Source: Eledone cirrhosa
Lineage: Eukaryota
Reading direction: 5' to 3'
Length of the DNA: 64,000 nucleotides
Assembly: GCA_964016885.1 (NCBI GenBank)
Contig: OZ024742.1
Location: 128,898,001-128,962,000, forward strand
Shown one piece after another: positions 40,549 through 52,609 of this stretch. A model generated the notes under the pieces. It saw nothing but the letters and a program-made list of their open reading frames with translations. It was not told the origin of the DNA and searched no databases. Position 1 is the stretch's first letter. The number at the start of each line of letters is the position of its first letter. A program made the translations under genes and the position numbers.

Positions 40549-43500
40549 TCATCATCATCATCATCATCATCATCGTTTAACGTCCATCTTCCACTCTAGC
40601 ATGGGTTTGGATGGGAATTTTCCCTCTTGAGGCAAGATTGGTTGTCTTGCTCGTATAGGACTGTCTGGCGGGTTTTCTACGGCTGGATGCCCTTCCTAAC
40701 ACCAACCACATTTACAGTGTGGACTGGGGGGTTTTTACCGTGTTACCTACACGGCCACATTACAGCGTGGACTGTGTGTTTTTTTTTTGTGACATCTACA
40801 CAACCTCATTTATTTAGGACTGGATGTTGTGGTACCAACATAACTTTACATCGAAAGGAGTGGTGTAGATGGGGGTGGGGCTAGGGGTAGTGGGACGGGG
40901 TGTATTTTTGGTTAGGAGGTGCCTACTGACTGTAGGTTTCGCTTTGTACTTAGCAAGGCGGGTCTTCTGTATTACTGCGTAGCGCCAAAGATCTCGGTCC
41001 AGTGACATTGTCTTGGAGAGGTCGGAATTTATCAAGTCGTCCCAGGTTTTTTCTGGGTCTGCCTACTCCATAGCTACCATCTATTTTGATCGCCCTGCAG
41101 TTTTTTATACAGCTGTCGTCTTTCATGCGCATCATGTGACCATACCAACGTAGTCTTCTCTCGAGTAAACAGCATCTGATCCCTCTTATTCCTAATTTCT
41201 CACTTAGTTCATTTATGCTTTGCCATTCACGTATATTACTATTACACATCCAACGGAGCATGGAAGCTTCGTTCCTCGCCAGTCTGCGTAGATCCTCTGC
41301 ACACAAGGCCCATGTCTCACTGCCATGTAACATCGCTGTTCGTATGCAGGCATCATACAGCCTGCCTTTCATTTTTAGAGAGAAACCTTTAGCGACCAAT
41401 AGTGGTATAAGCTCTCTGAACTTTTTCCATCCCGTTCTGACTCTAGCTACAGTACTTTCGGAGCACCCTCCACCACTGCTGATTTCGTCACCCAGGTAAC
41501 GGAAGGTGTCCACTATTTCTATAGAACCATCTGGGCAATGGAATGAGTTAGTATTCTGTGGGCATTTGCTGCTACTTATTGCACCAGAGCACCGGCCACA
41601 TTTAAAATCTATATTCTTAGTTAGCTTACCTGTGATCCCACTACATCTTTTATGCACCCATACTTTGCATTTGGGACATAAAATGGAGTTTCTGCCTACT
41701 CCTTTCCTACACACTGAGCATGACCATTTCCCAGATGGGACCAGTGCCCTATTTTCCTTCCTACATATTAGAACTTTAGTCTTAGACAAGTTAATTTTAA
41801 AGCCTTTTGATTCTAGGTCATGCTTCCATGTTTGGAATTTCTTCTCTAGTTCAGCCATTGATTCGGCTATGAGCGTTAGATCATCTGCGTATAGAAGTTC
41901 CCATGGGCAGCCGGTCTTGAACTCCTCTGTTATAGCCTGGAGGGCGATAATAAATAGTTGGGAGCTAAGGACGGAGCCCTGATGAACTCTTCACTATATT
42001 CGTTGTTAATTCTAACCTTGCTGATTGTTTCTTTATACATGGCTTGTATAGCTCTCACAACCCATTCATCAACACCTAGTTTTCTGAGAGCCCACCAGAT
42101 AATGGGGCGTGGGACTGTCAAAGGCTTTCTCCAAGTCAACAAAAGCTAAGTATAGGGGTTTACTTTTAGCTAGGTACTTCTCCTGTAGTTGTCGTACAAT
42201 GAAAAGAGCGCCTGTGGTACTTTTACCTGACACAAACCTGAACTGCATTTCATCTAGATCAATTCGCTCTCTGATTAGTTGCGCTATTACTTTTTCTGTG
42301 ACCTTCATGACTTGGTCAATTAATTTAATGCCTCTATAGTTTCCCCTATCTAGGGCATCTCCTTTACCCTTGTAGCAGTTAATGATGATGCTGCTACGCC
42401 AGTCCTTCGGAACGACCCCATTCTGTATGACTTGGTTTACTATCCGGGTGACCATAGTGTGTCCCACCGTTCCAGATGCTTTCAGCATTTAAGCAATTAT
42501 TTCTGAAGTTCCAGCCGCCTTTCCTGTCTTCATATCTTTGATCGCCTTACTTATTATACTACCTTCAACTTGCACTGCTGGTCCCTCTATTGGATCGAAG
42601 TGGGGGAGACTGTCTTTCTCCCATGTATTCTCTCATTTAGTAGCCTTTCGTAGTGACACTTCCAACCTACCTTCTTATCAGCGTCAGTGATGGCAAGTAC
42701 ACCATCATCATTAAGGACACATTTCTCCCCGACAATATCACGGTTTTCCTTGACACATTGCCTAGCAATCCTGAACACCTCACGTTTTTGGTCCTCGCAT
42801 TGTAGAACATGCTTAATCTTTCTTTCCTCTGCTTCCCTTCTTGCGAAGTACACTTGTCTCCTAGCTTCCCTCCTGGCCACTTGATAATCTTCTCTACTTC
42901 CCCCATCCTGCCATACTTTCCAAGCCTGCTTTTTGGCCTTGATCGACTCCTCCACCTTACTGTTCCACCACCATGTTACTCTCCTCCTGCCTATAAGCCT
43001 GCTCCAGCCACAGATTTCATCTGTCGCCTTCAGCAGGTTAGCTTTCAGGAATTCCCACTGTTCCTCTATATTGTACGACTCTAATTGCTCTTCCTTACTG
43101 TCAAAAGCATCAAGTAATATGCTTTTAAATTTATTACTGGCTGTGGGGTCCTTTAACTTCCATATTTTTCTCCTAAGGATAGTCCTCCTCTGTTGTCGAG
43201 TACGTCTCATCCTGACTATGAGGTCGCTAACTATGAGGCTATGTTGGGAGGTGCATTCTTCATGGGGGAGGGATTTAGTGTTTACAACAGACACTCTGTC
43301 ACGTCTTCTGGTAAGGATATAATCTACCTGGCTGGTGTGTTCCCCTGATCTATAGGTGATCAAGTGATTGTCTCGTTTTTTGAAGTTTGTTTTACAGATA
43401 GTTAGGTTATTTGCGTCACAGAATTCCAGGATTCTGGAGCCTTCCTCATTTCTAGTACCAAACCCATAGCCTCCATGGATTCCGTCATAGCCGTCACAGT

Positions 43501-43575
43501 GTTGTCCAACGTGACCATTTAGGTCACCAGCAATAATTATGTAGTCACTGTCGTCAATATGTACCAATTCACATT
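40546..43575 (-). mobile_element. Near-complete RTE LINE pseudogene (APE + RT), 5'-truncated, frameshifted
   Basis: IAGDLNGHVG, SQVDYIL, SQH, NYRGIKLI, FVDLEKAFD, LLYADD, FRYLG, HGSETW and RRLRWYGH motifs; (GAT)n tail. Confidence 0.95.
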
Positions 43576-44354
43576 CATCTGTAGAACAAACGTAGTCCAT
43601 GTGTCAAGTTTTGTGAAAATCGGTTGCGAACTCCAGAAGTTATGACGTTTTGTTGCATTGCACTGCAGTGCTTCAGTCGACTCCAAGGAAGCGGTTGAAG
43701 GGGGTTATCTGCCGGGAGGCCCTATAACCAATATCTGGAAAAAATGAAAGCGCCCATGACCATCTGGAGTACATAAGTAACCTATGTCTTAAGTTTGGTG
43801 AAAATACTGTAGAAATGCACACACGCACGTGCGTGCATATGTGTGTGTGTGTGTTTGTGTGTGTGTATGTATTTTTGTGTGCATATGTATATGTATGTGT
43901 ATGTCCGTTGGTGCATACGTATGTATGTATTGGCCTAAATCTTCACTATTTACTTTTACTATTTTAATAACCTCTGTCATTTTCGTTTTCAATTTTATTT
44001 ACATCATTCTTAAACTCCGGGGCTGGAAATCATTCGGTTATTTTAAATAGAATATTAGTCTAACGACTCCATTTATACCATAAACTTGGTCTTGTCTTTG
44101 CATGAAATTGTTCTTCTTAGTCCACGTAACAACGTATTATTCTCGCTTTTTTTTCTGTTCATTGCAAGGGAACGTCATGACGAACCAAAATATTGTCTTC
44201 CTGTTTTCCTTCGGTTGCAATGTTTCTCAAAATCTTTACTTCTGCGTTCACAGATTAAATTTTTTAGTTTCAGAAGATCCCGTTAATGTTGAAAGCAGCG
44301 ATTCTTTGCTTAAACTTTAATCCGTTCTTATGGAATACTCTTAATTCCGATCTT

Positions 44355-44420
<66 letters not shown>

Positions 44421-45343
44421 TGCTTTGTACGGCTTTTGGAGGAAAGAGTGACCAGCAGTACGTTGTTCGGTATTATTACGAAAAGGTGTAGCAGAGAATC
44501 CCGCGTGAACTAACAGCTTGGGAGGAAACTGCTTATCTCGAACATTCATTCGCCATCGTTCTTGTCAACGCTCCGTTTACTTGGTATTTGTTGGTCTACA
44601 GTTAGATGTATGGCGCACAAAGGGTTAATGTTTATTGGCAAGAAGTTTTTTGAATAATAAAAGACTGGTTAAAGCAACCTACAATGTATCTGTGTATATA
44701 TATATATATATACACACAGATACATATCTATATATATATATATATGTGTATGTATGCATATATATATATATATATGTATATATATATGTATGTGTGCATA
44801 TACATATATTTTTATGTGTATATTTATATATGTGTATATGTGTATATCTATATATGTGTATGTTTGTAAATGTATATATATATATATATATATGTATATG
44901 TGTATATATGTGTCTCTATATGTATATATGTGTATATATATATATGTATATATAAGTATATATATGTATATATGTGTGTGTGTGTGTGTGAGTGAATGTA
45001 GCGAAGATAATATGTCAGCAATGACGTGTTCGTCAGAATGTCGCTATGCAGACAGTCAGACATACAGACAGATATTATAAGAGCTAACACCCTTTAACAA
45101 CAGAAAATTGAAAAATAAAAGTGGCAGTTAGTATCTTTAGACCGCAAGGAATATAAAATGCAAGTTTGAAGTCAATCGGATTAGAAATGTGGATTTGTAT
45201 AGACTTTGCAAAAATGAGGACACACACAGACAGACAAGAACAGTTTTATATAGATTAAAAGCACTCTACAAGGAAGTTTTCTGGAGTTATTAATATTATT
45301 CAGAATATTAATAAATGAAGACATTCACATAATCAAAATATAT

Positions 45344-45407
45344 GTTTTATTATATATATTTCGAAGGTACTGTGCTGTTTTTTCAGTACGTCCTCGTCAG
45401 ATAAAAT
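45344..45407 (-). ncRNA. Type I hammerhead ribozyme in a solo pLTR fragment (~45255-45552)
   Basis: Reverse complement: ttttat-CTGACGA-ggacgtactg...cagtaccttc-GAAA-TATATA-TA-ataaaa. Downstream ctccag...gagtgct block is shared with the pLTRs at 19761 and 23078. Confidence 0.85.
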
Positions 45408-45569
45408 GCATGAATTGATATATGACATACCTCAACGGTCTTGATGGTTCAATTCCAGTATTGGCAGTACTGGAATTGAACCATCAAGTACTGGAATTAA
45501 AACATATATTTTGATTATGTGAATGTCTTCATTATTAATATTCTGAATAATATATATATATGTATATAT

Positions 45570-47240
45570 AAATGAAAGGATTACAAAGGAGAATACATAC
45601 TGTTAGAACATGTTTATACAAAAGCACCTACGCATGTTTCGCCCGAACAGGGCTTCTCAAGGGCATACAAGTCTAGAGAGTGTTCAGTACAGAACCCAGA
45701 AGGGGTTTTAAAGTGATAGTCACATCAAAGTTCATTTTTTATTCAAACAGACATGTTGTTATTGTCACTGAGCAAGGGGAGTAACTCTGGCCGGTGTTTG
45801 AATAAATGTCCCCAAATGGCTTATTATCCGTTCGCATGATGGTTGTTTTCCATTACTATTTTATGGGTGCTACTTTACCAGTCAGGCCGGATCTGAGAGA
45901 CATAGTTAGTGTACAGATATTTAGTTAAGCAGCCTACCCACCGGCGCGTTATGGTTTGGTGCAGGGGACCCAGTTTATGGTGTTCAGGTCTCAACCGGGG
46001 TCCAACCTTGGAATGACTGCTGTATTCCGTGTCTGCAGTTTATCACAGATTCTACTCTGCTGTTGATGGGCTCTAAGGGTGCTCTTATGATATGGTAAAG
46101 TTCCATGAGGCAGAGCTCGCACTTCCTCTTGAAGTTGTACGGTGTTGCTCTGCTGACAATTTCCCAGTATGTGGAGAAGCTAATGTTGGAGTCTTTTAAT
46201 GTTGTGATGTAGTTGGCAAGTGATGTGGAGTATCTTAGTTTCGTGTTTCTAAAAGAGTGGAGATGTGTTCGAAATCTAGTTTTGAACGAGCGAGAGGTGG
46301 CCCCTATATACTGCTTGACACTATTATGGCTAATTATGGTGCACCTATAAATAACATTATCTGTCAGGCAACTTCCCCTGAGCGGACAGCTTCCCTGAAC
46401 TCGACAGTTGCATTGTCGGTCGCGGTCGCTGCCGTTACAGTGGCTCCTAGTGCCCGAAGTAAGGCCATTACTATCGCTACCTATGTTATTATCCATGCCA
46501 CCGCCACTATCTCTGTAGTTAGTACTATTATATCCTACTGCGTGCGGGGTAGTACCATTATCACTCCGCATGCCACAGCGCCTTCTGTTGCTGCCTCGTG
46601 ACCCATACAGGTCACTAGCATGCTCCCCAGTCTCGCCGCGGTTATGTCAGTTGTGTCTGGTGGAGCTGCCACCAACACTGTCGGGTGCTGCTAGGGAAAC
46701 GTTAAGGTTATTAGGGTTCCTGTCAAGTCTAGATTTATCGCTGCTATGGTGCCATGCTTTGGTGAGCTTACTGTAATTAGTTATCCCTATGATGTGTGCT
46801 AGATTAGGTGTAGTGGAGAAGGATATTTTAATATTGTTCTTATTGAGGATCTTCCTGTACTTATGGTTTGGTGGGAAGTTCTTCTCTAAGGCTTCGAAGA
46901 AGATCCTGGGTAAGTCAGAGGCCACACTCCAAGAGTAGGAAGGATGGAACCATAGGACATTACGTTGGCGGTTACGCGTAGCTCTGGGCTTACTACGGGT
47001 CGTGTTGGCTAGGTAACCGTTCTTATTATTGCTACTGTGCTGGAGCCTACTGCGGGTTCCCTTCGCTTTATGCTCGGGTGCATGCACCTTCCTTCCGTTA
47101 TGTTTACGTGTAGCTAAACGCTGGTTGGAGGGTGTAGGTAATAGGCCATCGCTATTGTTAATCTTATAGGTAGGGAATAATTATAGTAGGCTACAGCAGC
47201 TACCGTTGCCTGTATCATGACCCTTATTATGTGGTCTCTC
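45570..47240 (-). mobile_element. Third PLE remnant: linker + GIY-YIG, no recognisable RT, (TA)n tail
   Basis: RQRNVLWFHPSYS..IKISFSTTPNL; CNCRVQGSCPLRGSCLTDNVIY..YIGATSRSFKTRF..CELCLME..CRH (ORFs 46647-47087 and 45984-46571). Confidence 0.9.
45624..45666 (-). ncRNA. Hammerhead variant with U3-A8 core (TTGAGAA)
   Basis: Reverse complement: atgccc-TTGAGAA-gccc-tgttc-gggc-GAAA-catgcg-TA-ggtgc. Sits at the expected pLTR position; stem I is short. Confidence 0.6.
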
Positions 47241-47311
47241 CTTTGTTCTATTTTACACCATCTTGTTTTTGTGTTTTGATAACACACAGATGGGCCACTA
47301 TGTAGTTCTCT

Positions 47312-48005
47312 GTTTAGCTGATGTAGCTGCTGTTTCTAGCACAGCTATGGACCACCATAAGGTTCACAATATTTAGCTGCTATTTCTAACACACCTATGG
47401 ACCACGCCGAGGTTCCCACTACTCAGTTTCTGTTTCTAGCACACTCATGGACCACCATAAATTATCCACTATTTAGCTGCTTTTTCTAGCACACCTATGG
47501 ACCACCATGAGGTTCCCCCTGTTTAGCTAATGTATCTGCTATTTCCACGAGCTTAACAGTATTTAGCTGCTATTGTAGCATACTTATGGACTACCATGAG
47601 TTTCCCCCGATTAGCCTCTATTTCTGGACCACCATAATGTTTCCCCTTATTTAGCTGCTATTTCTAGCAAACCTTTGACCATTATGATGTTTCCCCTTAT
47701 TTAGCCGCTATTTCTAGCACTGATATAGACCACCATAAGATTCTCCCTGTTTAGCTGCTATTTATAGCACACCTATGGAGCACCATGCGGTTCCCTCTGT
47801 TTAACTGATGTAGCTGCTATTTCTAGCTCACCTATGGACCACCATGAGGTTTACTCTATTTAGCTTCTGTTTCTAGCACTCCTATGGACCACCATGAGGT
47901 TCCTTTATTTAGCTGCTATTTCTAGAACACCTATGGTCCACCATGAGGCTCCCTTTATTTAACTGTTATGTTTGGCAGAACTATGGGCCACCATGAGGTT
48001 CCCTT
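47312..48005. repeat. Diverged ~50-bp tandem repeat (tatttagctgctatttctagcacacctatggaccaccatgaggttccc), ~13-14 copies
   Basis: Visible tandem array. Confidence 0.9.
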
Positions 48006-48466
48006 TCTTTATATATCTATATAATAAGAAGTTGATGGGACTAACAAGGTTTCCCTGCTAGTACCGGTTGCATCTCAGCATGCTCAATAGGTTAAGTTAT
48101 GTAAAAATCTTAGACTAGACACAAAGTTATTTGCCTCGAAGAGCTCAGCTGTTGGGGTCCCGACTCTTTTCCTATTACCCCACTCTACTACCCTAAGTAT
48201 CGAGTACTCTGGTGTACTATGGTCCACCTGGTATCTTACCACACCTTCTTTGTTCTATATATATATAACGAAGGAGGTGTGATAAGGAACCAGATGAACC
48301 ATAACACATCAGAGTACTCAATACTTAGGGAAGTAGAGTGGGTAATAGGAAAATGTTTAACCCCGATGGCAGAGCTCAAGCCATTTCAATGGCTATTTCT
48401 GGACTATTTAGTCCAGAAATAGTCGTCGAAACAGCTTGAGCTCTGCTGTTGGGGTTAAACATTTTC

Positions 48467-48502
<36 letters not shown>

Positions 48503-50011
48503 GCACGCATGCACATGCACACACACACATATATACATATATATCATCATCATTGTGATGCAACTGAAAATTCTTCTTAACTCTTTGCTTGACAATCTAT
48601 GGCAGGATGCACTTCCAACCACCAACTACTCCACTGAGTGTAATCTATTACCATGCATCTAACAGGATTAATTTCTGTGACTATTCTTTTCCCCTATAAA
48701 TGTGTGACTTTATGTAAACTTATGACCATATATCAATAAAAGGTAAGTGTTAGAATGGGAGAAGATGGAATGGCAAATATGACAAAAAGTGGAACTGAGT
48801 CAAGTTTTGTCTCTATTTTCTCAGTTGAAATCTTAAGTCTTTGTTGTTCATACTTCTGGGGCTTGAGTAATAAATATTTGCTAATCTCATACTTGAAACA
48901 AGTTATTCGACTATACTCTGCCTCCCATCCCCAGATATTTGTGAGCTGAGTCATAATTTGAGCAGAAATGATATTGTGCATGACTAGATACCTTCTGTAT
49001 TAATTCTGCTCTGTTGATTTCCCTTTGCACATAAACAGAATCAATACAAGTGCCAATAATATGAATGTATGTATGGACCTTTAACTCCCGATGAAGCTGT
49101 AGGGGTACCATGGGAACACATGGCATTTCTTGGGCATTTTAAAAACTTGGCTCAGTTCATCTCTCCAGGTCTGAACATAGCAGATTTCTTCCAAATGAGT
49201 GAGAGTGATATAGAGGAAATGTGAAAGAGATATAGTGGAAGAATTGACCCCAGTACTAGACTGGTATTTTATTTATCAACCTCAAATGGATGGAAGGCAA
49301 AGTTGACCCCGTTGGAATTTGTACTCAGTGTGCAGAAAGCCAGAATGAATACCACAAAACATTCTATCCGACATTCTAATGGCTCTGCCAATTTGCTGCT
49401 TATGCCAATAATATACTGAATTCAATTCAATCATCTATAATCTCATGCACTTAACCTTTACATTGTCATATTTCTAATAAAAGACACTGCCTATGATTTT
49501 CATTGTTAGAACTGATACTTGGAACATCAGTTTCTAATATAAATCATGATAGAAGATTTTTAGATGAATATGAAACACTTGAGAACAATCAGTATTGTAA
49601 CACTAAATGAGGGGCAGTTTCAGGCAGCTTGGCAAAGAAAGGGTTAAAGATTTGTTTTGTGTTTAGCCAAATGGCATTCTTAATACTATCATTATGATGG
49701 ATTGGCATCGGTAAAATGTCGGACCACATACTTTGTGGTATAGTTTTTTACATTCTGAGTTCAAACCCTGGCAAGGTTAGTTTTGCCTTTCATCTTTATG
49801 AGGTTGATAAAATAAAGTACCAGTAATGCATTGGGGTCAATTTAATTGACTTCCCCCCCACCAAAAAAAAAAAAAAATGTTTAAATGGTTGACTTTATTC
49901 CTAAATCAGAAACCATTATTGATTATCTTAATATTCAATAAAGAATCTTGAGAAGTAATGACACATATTGGTTATAATGAATAATTCTATGTTTAATTGT
50001 AATCATCACAG

Positions 50012-50085
50012 CTTTTACTCGCAGTCATCTTGAGCAAAGGCCAACTGAAGAAGTAACCCGTCCACCCATGGGCTCTCTTAAAACG
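50012..50085 (+). CDS. Host gene exon 6: (A)FTRSHLEQRPTEEVTRPPMGSLKT
   Basis: cacag acceptor; gtaagg donor at 50086. Phase 1 in (matches exon 5), phase 0 out. F....LE..P linker is typical between these repeats. Confidence 0.8.
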
Positions 50086-50439
50086 GTAAGGAGATGACAT
50101 TAAACAAAAATATATTTTAAAGAAAGTAATTAATGTTATAGAATTCAGATATCTACAGGCTACTTTATTGAATGTGTAATGTTAGTGTGAATAAATGATG
50201 AAGCAGAGATGAGAGAAAAACTGGATATAAGAGTAGAGGAAGCACATGTAATGTGCAAGAGAGAAAATTTGTACTGGTATGAACATGTAATGCATATATC
50301 CAGACAAACATATGTACACACATATTTCTTAATTAATTACATTGCCAAATGAATGCATGTCCTGCAAATTAGACTGACCATTCCAGTCATGTTTTACATT
50401 CTTATTGACATAAATAGCACTGGCAGAATCTTAGAAGTA

Positions 50440-50488
50440 GTTATCTTCTGATGAGAAGACAAAAATCTCTGAAACATGTAAAGATAAT
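50440..50488 (+). ncRNA. Type I hammerhead ribozyme in the short intron between exons 6 and 7
   Basis: TTATCTT-CTGATGA-gaagacaaaaatctct-GAAA-CATG-TA-AAGATAA. Perfect 7-bp stem I, palindromic ACATGT, GUA site. Confidence 0.82.
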
Positions 50489-50896
50489 CTGTTATGTTTT
50501 TTTCTGTATACAGGGGAAATAGTACAGAGGATGTTTACACTTCATTCTTTTCTAATTGAGGTTTCTAATTAAAAAACTGTAATTATATTTAGATTAACTC
50601 AATGTCATCTACCACATGATATTCTTAAAAAGTACAAAACAGCACTATGACTGACTCACATTAAAAATAAAAACCTTTACTCTAATACAGCAAATTTTCA
50701 AAACATGTTTATAAGTAAAGAAAGATACTGCAAACATTTGAATTGACAAACTTGATTTTAGATATTTTCCACTAAATCGTGACAGAATGTTAAGAATTGA
50801 ATTCATCCTGAATCTCCTAATAGAATGTGTGTATTTGAAACATCAACTTTTTGATACTCATGTTTTTGTTTGTTTTTCTTCTCTGTTGTATTATAG

Positions 50897-51016
50897 AAAG
50901 CAGCTTTATTAAGTGATGAAGAAGAAGCAGAATTAAAAGAATTACTTGATTATCAAACTGAGAAAATCAAAACAGGAAATTTAATGCTTTATCCATACTT
51001 TAAAGATTACGACCGA
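50897..51016 (+). CDS. Host gene exon 7: KAALLSDEEEAELKELLDYQTEKIKTGNLMLYPYFKDYDR (gene continues past the window)
   Basis: Polypyrimidine tract plus tag; gtgagt donor at 51017. 120 nt, phase 0-0. Starts a fourth repeat (YFKDYDR). No stop codon reached. Confidence 0.85.
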
Positions 51017-52139
51017 GTGAGTGTTTATTCTTCTTCAACACTGAGGATTATAACTTTTATAACTTTGATAGGTTTCGGCCAGTAAGTATTGGCTCAGGCT
51101 ATCTCTAAATTAATAGCACCACCTGGCAAAATAACACCACTGTTAGCATTGTTCTGTTCTGATTGTTGGATCACTGTTAGTTCCAATGATGAGTTTTCCA
51201 GTTGTTCAGACAAAGGAACAGCTTACTCAGGAAAATAATGTTTGAGCCACTGAGCCTTCCACAGACACATGCACCTTTAATGTAGTTCCCGTGGAAATTC
51301 AGCATGGCACATTGCATGACAAGGCTGGCCCTTAGCATTTACAGGTACAACTTATTTTTGCAAGCTGAATGGGCTGAAGCAACATGAAATGAAGTGTGTT
51401 GCTCAAAGACACAATGAACAGCTAGTAATGAAACTAACACCCGTAACCACTAAGCTATCTATGTTAATATGTCTAGCTTTGAGATTGTCTGCAAATTAAT
51501 TTCAGTTCTGATGGGAATGTAAAGCAACAAAATAACAGCTTCATTAGAATATCAGATAGAATACTTTGTAATATTGCTTCTGAGAATATCAAATTAACCC
51601 TAATATTTGGCTGCTATTTATGTCATGTCAAGGTTCTGCCTGCTGTTTGTACCATGTACCTCAGTATAATCTGCTTCATGGTCAAGTGGTCAGCAACTAA
51701 ACTGGCTTCCCCACTAGACTCTAGTTTGAGGCAGAGGGTAAGTGGAACCCCAGCAGCACAAAAAACAAGAGCTGTTAAAAGGGTGAACAAATTCCCTAGA
51801 GTCAACTGCCATCCACCCGAACTATGGGTTAAATAGCCTCACCAACCTGCAATTGGTCAAGCGTAGTGAGTACAGCTACACTCCTGAAGACATGACCAAA
51901 ACCAAACAAAGCAGTTGAGATCAACTAGGAAGGGGTTTCTCCAACAAGAGTGAGAAGGCCCTGGATTGGATTGCACTTATAAAAAATTGTCCTTAGCTGA
52001 ATTTGAACACAGAATGCTGCTAAGTCCTCTATTTTACCCAAAGCAGGAGAGGAATTAATAGATGTTAAATTCCAAGGATGTAGCACAAGTAAATAAAAAA
52101 AAATCCAGTCTTGCAATAATTATTGTATAACTGAAGATA

Positions 52140-52567
52140 TTCCATGTGTTTAACACCCGTGGGCATGCCTACAAAGTCAGAAAACTTGAATTCCATGTGT
52201 CTAACACCAATGGGCCGACCTACAAAGTTAGAAAACAGCACAGCTCTCATGACTTTCAGAAACATTTTTTCACGCTCAGAGTTGTTGAAGCATGGAACAA
52301 ACTACCTGCATCAGTTGTTAACTGTCAGGACACTGCATCCTTTAAAACCTCTATGCTTTCTGAAATTCGCCAACTCTAAACCTAATATTCCCCCTCCTTA
52401 CACATGCACGCATGTATCTGTGTATATATCATGACTCGTACACTATTCACTTTCCTGACATTTGTACATTATTCTATGTACTATACATCCACCTTTGATG
52501 TGTTGTAATGCACCTGAGAACTGTACACAATAATTTCATTACTATTATTATTATTATTATTATTATT
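52140..52567 (+). mobile_element. CR1 LINE 3' fragment with (ATT)n tail
   Basis: NTRGHAYK..HFFTLRVVEAWNKLPASVVN..SFK; short 5' tandem duplication. Confidence 0.85.
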
Positions 52568-52609
52568 TTCTTTCATTGTTGTTTCTGAGATATATGCCGA
52601 GTGCACCTA

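Noticed and set aside
43850-44628. Complete piggyBac element
   Set aside because: Only one end (aaagggTTAA at ~44619-44628) is visible; no matching TIR was found.
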